A stretch of 33,798 bases of DNA from an uncultured Chromatiales bacterium (GCA_965601985.1 CBFCXA010000001.1:1-33798); one strand, 5' to 3'; positions 24,981 through 33,798 are shown, numbered from the stretch's first letter. The notes: generated by a model not told the origin, from the sequence alone. Numbers and translations are program-made.

Positions 24981-25266
24981 GTTGGGAAGTGGGGTCGGAC
25001 CAAACCAACCTGTTGATATATAAGACTATTCGCTGCGAAAAGGCGTATTAATCGGCCTTAGAGCGGTGTTTTTGGCGCAAGAATCAGCGTTTTAAGCTAG
25101 CGCATCCCTCTAGAGTTCAGGCGCTGCTTACGAGCGCGGCGGCCTGTTTGGCAGCGCAGCCTTAGAGCAACGTTTTTCGTGCCGAAAAGCTCCCTCTAAG
25201 CGTTCAAATCGGTTCGAATTCAGGGTGTTTTTTTCGACTATTCAGTTGCTTGTCTTGGTCCGACCC
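24978..25266. mobile_element. MITE-like element with terminal inverted repeats, copy B (full length)
   Basis: Left end TAGGTTGGGaagtGGGGTCGGACCAAACCAAC, right end CTTGTCTTGGTCCGACCC (25249-25266). It is colinear with copy A, and the internal 61-nt block 25154-25214 is 57/61 identical to 2966-3026 by manual alignment. It fills the gap between convergent stops at 24980 and 25298. Confidence 0.75.
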
Positions 25267-25297
25267 TGTTGAACTCCGCGCAGTTGCAGCGCGACGC

Positions 25298-26083
<786 letters not shown>

Positions 26084-26188
26084 AGGGGACACCTCCACAT
26101 CCAGGGCCACAGCATACATGTCGTCGCCATGAATACGTTCGACGGTGGCCACGGCCGGTCCCGCATCAATACCTGGAACCGGGGAAAT

Positions 26189-26240
26189 AAGGTGCCGGGT
26201 CTATTTTTCGGGAAGAGAATAAAAATAGACCCGGCACCTT
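26189..26240. terminator. Palindromic hairpin element, copy 1 (20-bp perfect stem, 12-nt loop)
   Basis: AAGGTGCCGGGTCTATTTTT (26189-26208) pairs perfectly with AAAAATAGACCCGGCACCTT (26221-26240). It lies 30 bp downstream of the stop of the minus-strand gene 26270..27268. Three CCTTTTCG repeats (26237-26263) follow it. Confidence 0.6.
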
Positions 26241-26269
26241 TTCGCCTTTTCGGTACCTTTTCGCGCGCC

Positions 26270-27268
26270 CTACAGACGTTCCGGATACTTTTCCGCCAGC
26301 ACGCGCTTGTGAAAATCCGGCAGCGCGTCGACGCTGTGAACTTTCTTGCCGTAGGCAAGATCACACAGCAGGTCCGTATCATCGGTGGTGTATCCGGCCC
26401 AGGGTTTTTCGTAGGCCTTGTTCAGGCCGGTGAAGGTGTAGCGGGTGTCGACCAGCGATGCATCCGGGTTCATCACGTCGTCGTGCGGTGAGGCCCACAT
26501 GTTCTCGGTGAATCGCGGCTGGTGAATGCCGGGCTTTTCGTAGACGCCGCCCTGGAACAGCACCAGTTCGTCACCCCAGCGCTTGATGTGTCTGATCTTG
26601 GGCTCGTCCGGGTCATCGTTTGCGAACTGCGGCTCTTCGATCAGTTTCGAGCCGCCTTTCGGGTAGGACAGAAAGTTCTCGATGAACAGCTGGTCTTCCA
26701 GCCGCATCATCTTCCCGTTGTAGGGATTTCGCAGCTCTTCGACGGGCTCCATTGTTGCCGGGTCGAGATACCTGGCCGTATACATTGATCGAAGCACGGC
26801 CGTGCCCTCGGGAACATCGGGGAACTCGTCCGGGTCAGGTATCTGCAGCTGCCAGGTGAACATTCCGGCAGCGCCGAGCAGCGGACCGCCGGGATTCTGT
26901 TCGCGTCCGATCATCAGCCGAACCAGCATCGGCACATAGGTCCGTTCACCGACCAGGTTGTTGGTCATCTTCAGGCGCGCGAGCGAATTCTGTATCGGGT
27001 CGTCGAGATCGAAATTGCCTTGCTGGCTCGGTACCCAGGGCACGCCATCCATCTCGTTCCGGTCGAACTGCCTGGTCCGGTTGTAGGCATTGAAGACTTC
27101 CGTCTCCGCATCGCCGTCAGAACTGTGGGCTTCGGCCTGCGCATCGGTAGTCGGTGACAAGGCCAGGATCCCCGCGGCGCTGCCGAGCGCAGCGACCAGC
27201 CTTCTCCGCAGCGGGTCGTGATCACGCGGCTGGTCCGATGAAAGCGTGGAATTTTCGGTGCTGCCCAT
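26270..27268 (-). CDS. Hypothetical exported protein with a Tat-like signal (possibly DUF1838-like)
   Basis: Start at ATG 27268 with AAGGA 6 nt upstream. N-terminus ...PLRRRLVAALGSAAGILALSPTTDAQA. Coding bias is good throughout. The family assignment is uncertain. Confidence 0.55.
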   Translation of the reverse strand: MGSTENSTLSSDQPRDHDPLRRRLVAALGSAAGILALSPTTDAQAEAHSSDGDAETEVFNAYNRTRQFDRNEMDGVPWVPSQQGNFDLDDPIQNSLARLKMTNNLVGERTYVPMLVRLMIGREQNPGGPLLGAAGMFTWQLQIPDPDEFPDVPEGTAVLRSMYTARYLDPATMEPVEELRNPYNGKMMRLEDQLFIENFLSYPKGGSKLIEEPQFANDDPDEPKIRHIKRWGDELVLFQGGVYEKPGIHQPRFTENMWASPHDDVMNPDASLVDTRYTFTGLNKAYEKPWAGYTTDDTDLLCDLAYGKKVHSVDALPDFHKRVLAEKYPERL

Positions 27269-27462
27269 GCCAATTCCTTTCGAAAGCAAGTCTAGACGGC
27301 GCGCCGGCTGAGCCCATCGACTATTTTTTTGTGTGGCCTGCGATTCGAGCGCGTACGAAGCACTTTAAGGATTGTTACGGGAGGGGTAAAGCTCTCATGC
27401 GCCCTCGGAAGGGGATTGGCGTGATGACTTCGAAGCGGGACCAGATCCAGAAGCTGCTCAAC

Positions 27463-27477
27463 AGACCCGGCACCTTT
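27463..27477. repeat. Solo arm of the palindromic hairpin element
   Basis: AGACCCGGCACCTTT is 15/15 identical to 26227-26241. I see no complementary arm nearby. Confidence 0.6.
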
Positions 27478-27552
27478 CTACCGACCTACCCGTGTGCAAG
27501 CGACTTTGCTATATACGGAGTCTGTTTCTTCTCTAGCGACGAGGTGATTAGC

Positions 27553-28032
27553 GTGAATTTCGCGATTTCCGATATGCAACTGACCAGCCCGGCCTTCGGC
27601 GAAGGCGAGCGCATTCCAGCGAAGCATACGGGCGAGGGCGACGATGTGTCGCCGGCACTCGCCTGGGCCGATGTCCCGGAAGGGACCGAGAGCTTCGCGC
27701 TGATCTGTCACGATCCGGACGCCCCAGTGGTATCGCCGGGCGCTTATGGATTTGTGCACTGGGTGCTGTACAACATCCCCGGTAGCGTTTCGTCATTACC
27801 GGAAGCCGTGAGTGACTACACGGTCGGCAGCAACGACTTCGGAACCGACAAAGCCTACGGTGGACCAATGCCGCCCGAAGGACATGGCACTCACCGCTAC
27901 TTCTTCTGGCTTTTCGCGCTGCGCTCGAAGCCCGACCTCGAGCCGGGCCTGTCGCTCTGGGACTTGATGCGAAAAATCGAGGCGGACGTGATCGGCATGA
28001 ACCGGCTGGTAGGTAACTATTCGCGCGGTTGA
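27553..28032 (+). CDS. YbhB/YbcL-family phosphatidylethanolamine-binding protein (PEBP/Raf kinase inhibitor-like)
   Basis: LTSPAFGEGERIPAKHTGEGDDVSPALAW...CHDPDAP...FVHWVLYNIP...GPMPPEGHGTHRYFFWLFAL are classic bacterial PEBP motifs. Start GTG 27553 has GAGGTG 6 nt upstream. ATG 27574 is the alternative. Confidence 0.85.
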   Translation: MNFAISDMQLTSPAFGEGERIPAKHTGEGDDVSPALAWADVPEGTESFALICHDPDAPVVSPGAYGFVHWVLYNIPGSVSSLPEAVSDYTVGSNDFGTDKAYGGPMPPEGHGTHRYFFWLFALRSKPDLEPGLSLWDLMRKIEADVIGMNRLVGNYSRG

Positions 28033-28072
28033 GCGACATGTTCGACGATGCCGTCAAACACGAAAACGACGA

Positions 28073-28831
28073 CTAAACCGCGCCGCCGCCTTGGGCGCCC
28101 CCGCTACCCTCGTCCGCATGTGACGGCATGATCAGCCGCCGCATCGCGTCCGGGTCGAGCCGGAAATTCTCGATCAGCTCGATGATGTAGCGGAAGTGCT
28201 CGCGCGGGATGGCGATGAACATCTCGCCCGGGCCCACCCGGTTGTGCATGCGCCCGCCGCCGTCACCCGGCGTGAACACGCTGTTGCGGGTCAGCCGCGG
28301 CGTGGCGAAGATCGACGAGCAGGCCGACGGGCCCAGTTCGCCGATCGGGAAGGTGCCTTCGCGCACCGAAGCCGCGCCGGCCACCTGCATCGCGCGCATC
28401 GGGTCGGTAATGCAGATCAGGCTATCGACCCTGACGCCGTCGGGGACTTCGTCGAGCGGGGCGGCAGCCAGCGCCGAAATGGAGCCCTCCGGCAGCGACG
28501 AACTCTGCGCCTTGTTGCGCCGGGCGCCTTCTTCGGTGAAAAAACCCTGGGCCATGGTCAGGTACTCGCCGTCGGTTATCAGGTCGTCCGCGTCGGGGAG
28601 CAGCCCCAGGTGATATTGCCCCACCCAGCAGTCGTGGTTCACGCGGTCCACATAGATACGCCGGCCCGACTCTGCCTCGCGGACGATACCGCAGGCGACC
28701 ACGTTCACCGGCTCGTAGCCCGGCGGCGGGCCGTCGGCGCAGTAGGTAATGGCGACCGGCCGCCGCTTCACTTTCATTCGCTCGACGAGCAGAGAGTTCA
28801 GGTATTTTAGGTCGACTTCTTGCTGGTCCAT
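28073..28831 (-). CDS. DUF169-like (COG2043) protein
   Basis: Start at ATG 28831 with GGGAG 6 nt upstream. ~250 aa with the pattern RPVAITYC...VVACGIVREAE...CWVGQYHLGL that I associate with DUF169. The listed N-terminal extension runs into the repeat element. Confidence 0.45.
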   Translation of the reverse strand: MDQQEVDLKYLNSLLVERMKVKRRPVAITYCADGPPPGYEPVNVVACGIVREAESGRRIYVDRVNHDCWVGQYHLGLLPDADDLITDGEYLTMAQGFFTEEGARRNKAQSSSLPEGSISALAAAPLDEVPDGVRVDSLICITDPMRAMQVAGAASVREGTFPIGELGPSACSSIFATPRLTRNSVFTPGDGGGRMHNRVGPGEMFIAIPREHFRYIIELIENFRLDPDAMRRLIMPSHADEGSGGAQGGGAV

Positions 28832-28908
28832 TGACGACTCCCGATTGCCAGTCAGCTGACGCTCGATATCGACCGTAGCGCCGCAATGCAAAGCTGACAA
28901 GCTCGGAA

Positions 28909-29046
28909 TAGGTTGGGGTCGGACCAAGCCAATCCACTGATATAGATGACAATTCCCTGTGAAAAAGCGTGTTAATCCGCCTTAGACTGGTGTTTTCACG
29001 GCAAAAAACAGAGTTTTAAGCGAACGCGCCTGCCCAGAGGTCAGCT
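28909..29046. mobile_element. MITE-like element, copy C (left half only)
   Basis: TAGGTTGGGGTCGGACCAAGCCAAT... aligns with the left ~135 nt of copies A and B, up to ...CCCAGAGGTCAGC. Homology then stops, directly against the hairpin at 29050. There is no right inverted repeat. Confidence 0.7.
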
Positions 29047-29049
29047 TCT

Positions 29050-29097
29050 AAAAAGGTACCGGGTCTATTTGTCCGAAAATAGACCCGGTACCTTTTT
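29050..29097. terminator. Palindromic hairpin element, copy 2; bidirectional intrinsic terminator downstream of the SLC13 gene
   Basis: AAAAAGGTACCGGGTCTATTT (29050-29070) pairs perfectly with AAATAGACCCGGTACCTTTTT (29077-29097) around a 6-nt loop. An A-tract and a T-tract flank the GC-rich core. It lies 13 bp downstream of the minus-strand stop at 29110. Confidence 0.75.
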
Positions 29098-29109
29098 ACG
29101 ACCGCTCCA

Positions 29110-30909
29110 TCATAGCGGCCAGAAAAACAGAATGAGCGGCACGCCGAGCGTCAGCACGAGCAGCTCCAATGGCAGCCCCATGCGCCAGTAGTCCCCAAAG
29201 CGGTAGCCGCCTGGACCGAGGATGATGATGTTGTTCTTGTGCCCGATAGGGGTGAGAAACGCGCATGATGCGGCTACCGCCACGCCCATAAGAAACGGAT
29301 CAGGGCTGACCGACAGCCGTTCGGCAATGGCGATGCCGATTGGTGCGGCAACCAGCGCCGTCGCCACGTTATTCAAAACGTCAGACAACGTCATGGTGAT
29401 GACCATGAGTATGACAAGCACGACAACCGGCGAGAGGCCTTCGGTCCAGCCCACCAGGGTGGTGGCGATGAGCGCGCTGCCACCGTTGGCCTCCATGGCT
29501 GCGCCAATGGGGATCATGGCGCCCAGCAGTACGATTACCGACCATTCGATGGATTCATACACCTGGCTCAGGGGCACGATGTTCAGCGCAACGTAAATGA
29601 CGACAGTTGCGGCCAGGGCCAGCGGTAAATAGACCCATCCGAAGCTGGCGGCAATGATGGCGACGGCGAAGACGCCAATGGCGGTCCAGGCCTGGCGCCG
29701 CTGAGTGACGGCAAGTCCGCGCTCCGCCAGCGGCAGGCAGCCGAGCCAGTCGATAACGTCGGGGAGCTGTTCCTCCGGGCCGAGCAGCAGCAGAATGTCG
29801 CCGGACTGGATCTCGGTCTTGCGCACGCGCTCGCGGATACGGGTGCCGCTGCGGGATATGCCCAGCAGCGTGACGCCGTGCCGATACAGCAGACGCACAT
29901 CCATTGCCGAGCGTCCGACGATGCGGGCGACGTCCGGCACCACTACCTCGGCAAGCGTCATCGTCCCGGCCGCAACTCCCTCTTCGCTGTCGCGATCGGT
30001 GAGCTTGAACTCTGCGGCTCCGACAAACTGATCGATTGCCTCCGGACCGCCTTCCAGCACCACCCGATCGCTCTTGTGGATTATTTCGTTGCGCGCCAGT
30101 CCGGGCAGGCGCTTGCCGCGGCGCACGAGTCCCACGACGCTCACGCCATACTCATCCACCAGCTCGTCCAGTTCTCTTAGTGGCTTGCCGATCATGCGCG
30201 ACGATTCCGCTACTCGCACTTCTGCGACGTAGCCTTTCAGCTTCTCGAGCTCTTGCCCCGTGTCGCGTTTCAATCGTTCGTCAGGAATGAGGCGCCGGCC
30301 GATGAAAACAATGTAGAGAATGCCGGCCACGGTAATGCCGAGTCCGACCGGGGCGAAGTCGAACATACTGAACGGCGCCCCGAGCCGATCCTCTCGGAAT
30401 GTTGCAATGACGATATTGGGCGGCGTGCCGATCAGCGTGATCATGCCGCCGAGTATGGAGGCGAAAGACAGCGGCATGAGGGTCTGAGCGGGGCTGCGTT
30501 TTGCGCGCCGCGCGGCCTGCAGATCCAGCGGCATCAGCAGAGCGAGCGCGGCGACGTTGTTCATTATTGCGGACAGCGCCGCGGAGACGCCGGCCATGAT
30601 GCCGATGTGGGCCTGCAGGCTGCGGGAGCTGTCCAGCAGCCGTTGAGCCAGCAGTTCTATCGCGCCGGAGCGGGACAGTCCCTGGCTGACGATCAGCACC
30701 AGCGCGATGATGGCCACGGCCGGATGGCCGAACCCGGAAAACACCTGATCTGCAGGCACCACTCCGATGAGGCAGGCAATTACGAGTCCGGCAAAAGCAA
30801 CCAGGTCGTAGCGATAGCGGCCCCAGACGAGGAATCCCAGAATACCGAGCAGCAGACCGAATAGAAGGATTTGCTCCAAGGTCACTGCCGGCTGTCTCGC
30901 ATACTGCAC
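29110..30909 (-). CDS. SLC13/DASS-family anion permease with two central TrkA-C (RCK_C) domains
   Basis: ~600-aa polytopic protein. Two cytoplasmic repeats (VAEVRVAESSRMIGKPLREL...VVLEGGPEAI and LAEVVVPDVARIVGRSAMDV...ILLLLGPEEQL) are flanked by transporter halves. Confidence 0.8.
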   Translation of the reverse strand: MQYARQPAVTLEQILLFGLLLGILGFLVWGRYRYDLVAFAGLVIACLIGVVPADQVFSGFGHPAVAIIALVLIVSQGLSRSGAIELLAQRLLDSSRSLQAHIGIMAGVSAALSAIMNNVAALALLMPLDLQAARRAKRSPAQTLMPLSFASILGGMITLIGTPPNIVIATFREDRLGAPFSMFDFAPVGLGITVAGILYIVFIGRRLIPDERLKRDTGQELEKLKGYVAEVRVAESSRMIGKPLRELDELVDEYGVSVVGLVRRGKRLPGLARNEIIHKSDRVVLEGGPEAIDQFVGAAEFKLTDRDSEEGVAAGTMTLAEVVVPDVARIVGRSAMDVRLLYRHGVTLLGISRSGTRIRERVRKTEIQSGDILLLLGPEEQLPDVIDWLGCLPLAERGLAVTQRRQAWTAIGVFAVAIIAASFGWVYLPLALAATVVIYVALNIVPLSQVYESIEWSVIVLLGAMIPIGAAMEANGGSALIATTLVGWTEGLSPVVVLVILMVITMTLSDVLNNVATALVAAPIGIAIAERLSVSPDPFLMGVAVAASCAFLTPIGHKNNIIILGPGGYRFGDYWRMGLPLELLVLTLGVPLILFFWPL

Positions 30910-30964
30910 ATGGCCCTAAGTGTTGGACATACGTTGGCACCGTAGCAGCGACGCCGGCTCGGGA

Positions 30965-31909
30965 CTAGCTTCTCAACGTCGCGGTCGGGCTCTCGCCGAA
31001 TGCCGCGCGATACTCAACGGCAGTCCGGCCAAGATGAGGAAGGCCGGACTGAAGAGCGGCCTTGGTCACGGTAAGGTTGTCCGGACTCGCCGCGCGTAGC
31101 AGTAATCGCAACTGGTGCAGACGGTGGCGCTTGATATAGGCCTTTGGCGTCATTCCGTAACGGTCGAGAAACCCCTGGCGCAGGCTCCGCTCGCTTACCT
31201 TGAATCGTTCGCAGACTTCGACCAGGGATAACGGCTGGCCGATACGCTCACGGATGAAGCGTCCTGCCCGACCAGCGAGTTCCTGGCGCCGTGGGGGCTT
31301 TGCCTGTTCCGTATCCGGCCTGACTTCAAGGAATACGGAATCGAGCAGCTCGTCAATCAGAAAATCACTGCCGGCGCGGTCGCCAAGCCAGTCGCCTTGC
31401 GTCAGCGCCAGCTCCAGGCCGGACTGAAGGTTCAGCACCGCTCGTCGCTGGGCCGCGTCGTCGGCGAACTTCAAGGTCGAGACGTCATTCAGTCCGTCGC
31501 CGAGCAGCAGCTCGAAATGTCTGTTCAGCCTGTCCTTATGAACGGCCAGAACGACGTACTCGGTATCTTCCGGATTCAGCAGATCGTACGAGCGTGGTGA
31601 GTGCAGCACGCCGATACTGTGTTCTGCCAGTCGGGCGCCGTTCAGTCGCAGTCGACCCTGCCCGCCGATTTGCAGAACCAGGCCGACGGAGTCGGTCGGC
31701 GTTCCGGTTTCGATCAGAATACCCGGAGCCCAACCGATGTGCGTCAGCTGGGCCTCGGACAGGTTGACCTGGTCGGCAAAGCCGAAATCACTCTCGCCGC
31801 TCAAGCGGTGGTAACGCTGGTCCCACTTCGAAGCCACGTCCTCGGCCATATCGTCGAAGTCGGTGAAGCGTTTTTTCAGCAGTAGACCAGATTGAAAAAC
31901 GTCAGACAT
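30965..31909 (-). CDS. AraC-family transcriptional regulator
   Basis: C-terminal double HTH (LSLVEVCERFKVSERSLRQGFLDRYGMTPKAYIKRHRLHQLR...VTKAALQSGLPHLGRTAVEYRAAFGESP). Start taken at MSDVFQSG (ATG 31909). Confidence 0.85.
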   Translation of the reverse strand: MSDVFQSGLLLKKRFTDFDDMAEDVASKWDQRYHRLSGESDFGFADQVNLSEAQLTHIGWAPGILIETGTPTDSVGLVLQIGGQGRLRLNGARLAEHSIGVLHSPRSYDLLNPEDTEYVVLAVHKDRLNRHFELLLGDGLNDVSTLKFADDAAQRRAVLNLQSGLELALTQGDWLGDRAGSDFLIDELLDSVFLEVRPDTEQAKPPRRQELAGRAGRFIRERIGQPLSLVEVCERFKVSERSLRQGFLDRYGMTPKAYIKRHRLHQLRLLLRAASPDNLTVTKAALQSGLPHLGRTAVEYRAAFGESPTATLRS

Positions 31910-32168
31910 ACAAACAACCCGTCTAAGGTGTCCGCGGCAACAGTCGTCGCGTCGCCTCCAGCTAGTTTGCCGATTCTGGATAGCCAATGCCAAATCGTTG
32001 GCCCAGAGTCATCTGCTGTCTTTCAGACTCCGTTAACGCAGCGCAGCATGCCCAATGAGACGTGCCGGCTCCTGCCCGGCGGCCAATGGCCTTTGACCAG
32101 TCAGTCGGGTCGCGCACATCGTTTAGTTCGTCAGTATTCCAACGCACAACCAGTCAGGGTTGATCATC

Positions 32169-33798
32169 ATGAAAAGACATCTTCAGAAGCTTCTTGCCGC
32201 TCTTCCTTTGATCTCACTGTTGGTAGTCGCTTGCCAACCGCAGGAAACGTCATCACCGCCAGCAACAGCTTTAAATGAAGCTGCGTCGATGGAAGAAGAT
32301 CCCAGGGTATCGGGCTTCAAGGGCAAGATTGCCAAGACCTATCAGGAATCCGTCGAGGACTGGCCGGCCCAGCCGACGTTTACCGGAGAAGAGCCCAATG
32401 TCCTGATCGTTCTGCTCGACGATGTCGGTTACGGGCATCTCGGCGCCTACGGGGGTCTGACCGAGACCCCGAATATCGACGCGCTGGCCGCGGGCGGGCT
32501 GCTGTACAACAATTTTCATACCACGGCCCTGTGCTCCCCTTCACGCGCAGCCATCCTGGCGGGTCGCAATACCCACTCCATCGGACTGGGCTCACATGCG
32601 CTGATGGCGATGGGGTTCCCTGGATATAACGGTCGTGTACCGATGGAAGCCCAGGAGGTGGCGCGTATCGCCCAGGAGGATGGCTGGACGACCTATGCCC
32701 TGGGCAAGTGGGACCACACGCCCGGCTTTCAGGTGCACCAGGTCGGGCCTTTCAAATACTGGCCGACGAACGATGGTTTCGACCACACCTACACGTTCAT
32801 GGCCGCCGACGCGAACAATTTCACGCCGGTTATGTGGGCGGGCCACGAGCCGATTGAGCCGTCACGTGACAACCCTGACTATCACCTTTCCACTGATCTG
32901 GCCGACAAGGCAATTCACTACCTGAGCGGGCACGTATCCATCGCCCCGGATCGCCCCTTCTTTATGTTCTGGGCGCCGGGAGGTATGCACGCCCCACATC
33001 ACGCGCCGCCGGAATATATAGAGAAGTACAAAGGCAAATTCGATATGGGCTGGGATCAGGCACGAGTGGAAATCCACAAACGCCAGATCGAGATGGGCGT
33101 TATCCCAGAAGATGCGGTCCTGAGCGAAAGGACCGAGCAGATTCCTACCTGGGACTCCTTGAGTGACGATGAGAAACGCCTCTACGCTCGCCAGATGGAG
33201 GCTTTTGCCGGTCAGCTCGACCACCTCGACAACGAGATTGGCCGACTGGTCGCCACGCTGGAGCGTCTCGGCAAACTCGACAACACGCTGATCATCCTGA
33301 CCTCGGATAACGGGTCGAGTGGTGAAGGCGGGCTCTCGGGCTCACACAATGAAGTACTGATCATCAACGGCCAGCAAACGTCGCTCGAACAGAACCTGGC
33401 CCGCTACGACGAATGGGGATCGGAGGCAACCAACAACCACTTCCATGCGGGTTGGGCTATGGCCGGCAACACCCCGTTCAAGTACTTCAAGCAGATCGTG
33501 CACCGCGGTGGCATCCAGGATCCTTTGATCGTCCACTGGCCGGCCGGGATCGAGGCGCAGGGTGAACTCCGCACCCAGTACCACCACATCATCGACATCG
33601 GACCCACGATCATGGACGTCCTCGGTCTCGAATTCATGGAAGAGATCGACGGGATCAAGCAGATGCCGTTCGATGGCATCAGCTTCGCCTATTCGTTCAA
33701 CGATGAGGACGCCCCGGACCAGCGCACGCGCCAGTACTACGAACAGTTTGGCAACCGGGCCATGTACCTGGACGGCTGGAAGGCGGTCACCATTCACG
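32169..33798 (+). CDS. Arylsulfatase (Cys-type, formylglycine-dependent), lipoprotein; 3' end lies outside the window
   Basis: This gene is absent from the ORF track because it is open-ended. My translation of the frame from ATG 32169 gives MKRHLQKLLAALPLISLLVVAC (lipobox), NVLIVLLDDVGYG, TTALCSPSRAAILAGRN (the C-x-P-x-R motif), GKWDH and LIILTSDNG. I checked three stretches of this frame (32169-32600, 32580-32720 and 33286-33370) and found no stop. Confidence 0.9.
   Translation, partial: MKRHLQKLLAALPLISLLVVACQPQETSSPPATALNEAASMEEDPRVSGFKGKIAKTYQESVEDWPAQPTFTGEEPNVLIVLLDDVGYGHLGAYGGLTETPNIDALAAGGLLYNNFHTTALCSPSRAAILAGRNTHSIGLGSHALMAMGFPGYNGRVPMEAQEVARIAQEDGWTTYALGKWDHTPGFQVHQVGPFKYWPTNDGFDHTYTFMAADANNFTPVMWAGHEPIEPSRDNPDYHLSTDLADKAIHYLSGHVSIAPDRPFFMFWAPGGMHAPHHAPPEYIEKYKGKFDMGWDQARVEIHKRQIEMGVIPEDAVLSERTEQIPTWDSLSDDEKRLYARQMEAFAGQLDHLDNEIGRLVATLERLGKLDNTLIILTSDNGSSGEGGLSGSHNEVLIINGQQTSLEQNLARYDEWGSEATNNHFHAGWAMAGNTPFKYFKQIVHRGGIQDPLIVHWPAGIEAQGELRTQYHHIIDIGPTIMDVLGLEFMEEIDGIKQMPFDGISFAYSFNDEDAPDQRTRQYYEQFGNRAMYLDGWKAVTIH

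Noticed and set aside
2796-25266. Copies A and B, in direct orientation, as the ends of a 22-kb composite transposon or genomic island
   Set aside because: The interval contains core housekeeping genes (nei, purEK, gmhA). It has no integrase, transposase or tRNA boundary, and I found no matching target-site duplication outside the two copies.
27154-27552. Long in-frame N-terminal extension of the PEBP ORF, or a separate small gene or pseudogene in the 285-bp spacer
   Set aside because: It has no recognisable motifs and poor coding composition, and it overlaps the start of the divergent gene (27268). Bacterial cytoplasmic PEBPs are ~150-160 aa, which matches a start at 27553 or 27574.
28832-28927. 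N-terminal extension of the DUF169-like ORF into repeat copy C
   Set aside because: The extension would translate the inverted repeat of the element. A strong RBS (GGGAG) precedes the internal ATG at 28831.

Overview
High-GC (GC3-rich) proteobacterial chromosomal segment. Gene content (purEK, nei, gmhA, an NhaR-like LysR regulator) suggests a gammaproteobacterium, but I cannot confirm this without a search.

Layout from left to right:
- 1-2.8 kb: hydrolase and oxidoreductase genes.
- 3.1-14.8 kb: housekeeping and miscellaneous genes (treT-like, PQQ sugar dehydrogenase, nei, a methyltransferase pair, purEK, nhaR-like, VOC, DUF3108-like, gmhA, UbiA-type prenyltransferase).
- 14.9-25.0 kb: a 10-kb acyl-CoA/dicarboxylate cluster. 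It holds three family-III CoA-transferases, an acyl-CoA dehydrogenase, a MaoC hydratase, a CitE-type lyase, an MmgE/PrpD protein and an AbfD/HpaB-family protein. These form two divergent promoter pairs around a GntR/HutC regulator, and each divergent region carries a TGTCCGGACA palindrome.
- 25.3-33.8 kb: a visibly more AT-rich accessory region (secreted cyclase-family protein, Tat-exported hypothetical, PEBP, DUF169-like, SLC13 permease, AraC regulator, lipoprotein arylsulfatase that runs off the window).

Two repeat families are not explained by the genes:
- A ~277-bp element with terminal inverted repeats (GGGGTCGGACCAAG...). It has two full copies and one half copy, and each full copy exactly fills a convergent intergenic gap.
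- A 20-21-bp-stem palindromic hairpin (AAGGTRCCGGGTCTATTT...). It has two full copies plus arm fragments, all confined to 26-29 kb.

The ORF track writes alternative start codons (TTG/GTG) as M. I shortened many listed ORFs at the N-terminus using homology limits, ribosome-binding sites (RBS) and neighbouring genes. I found no CRISPR array, rRNA, tRNA, transposase or recognisable defence genes. All homology statements come from motif recognition by eye, not from searches.
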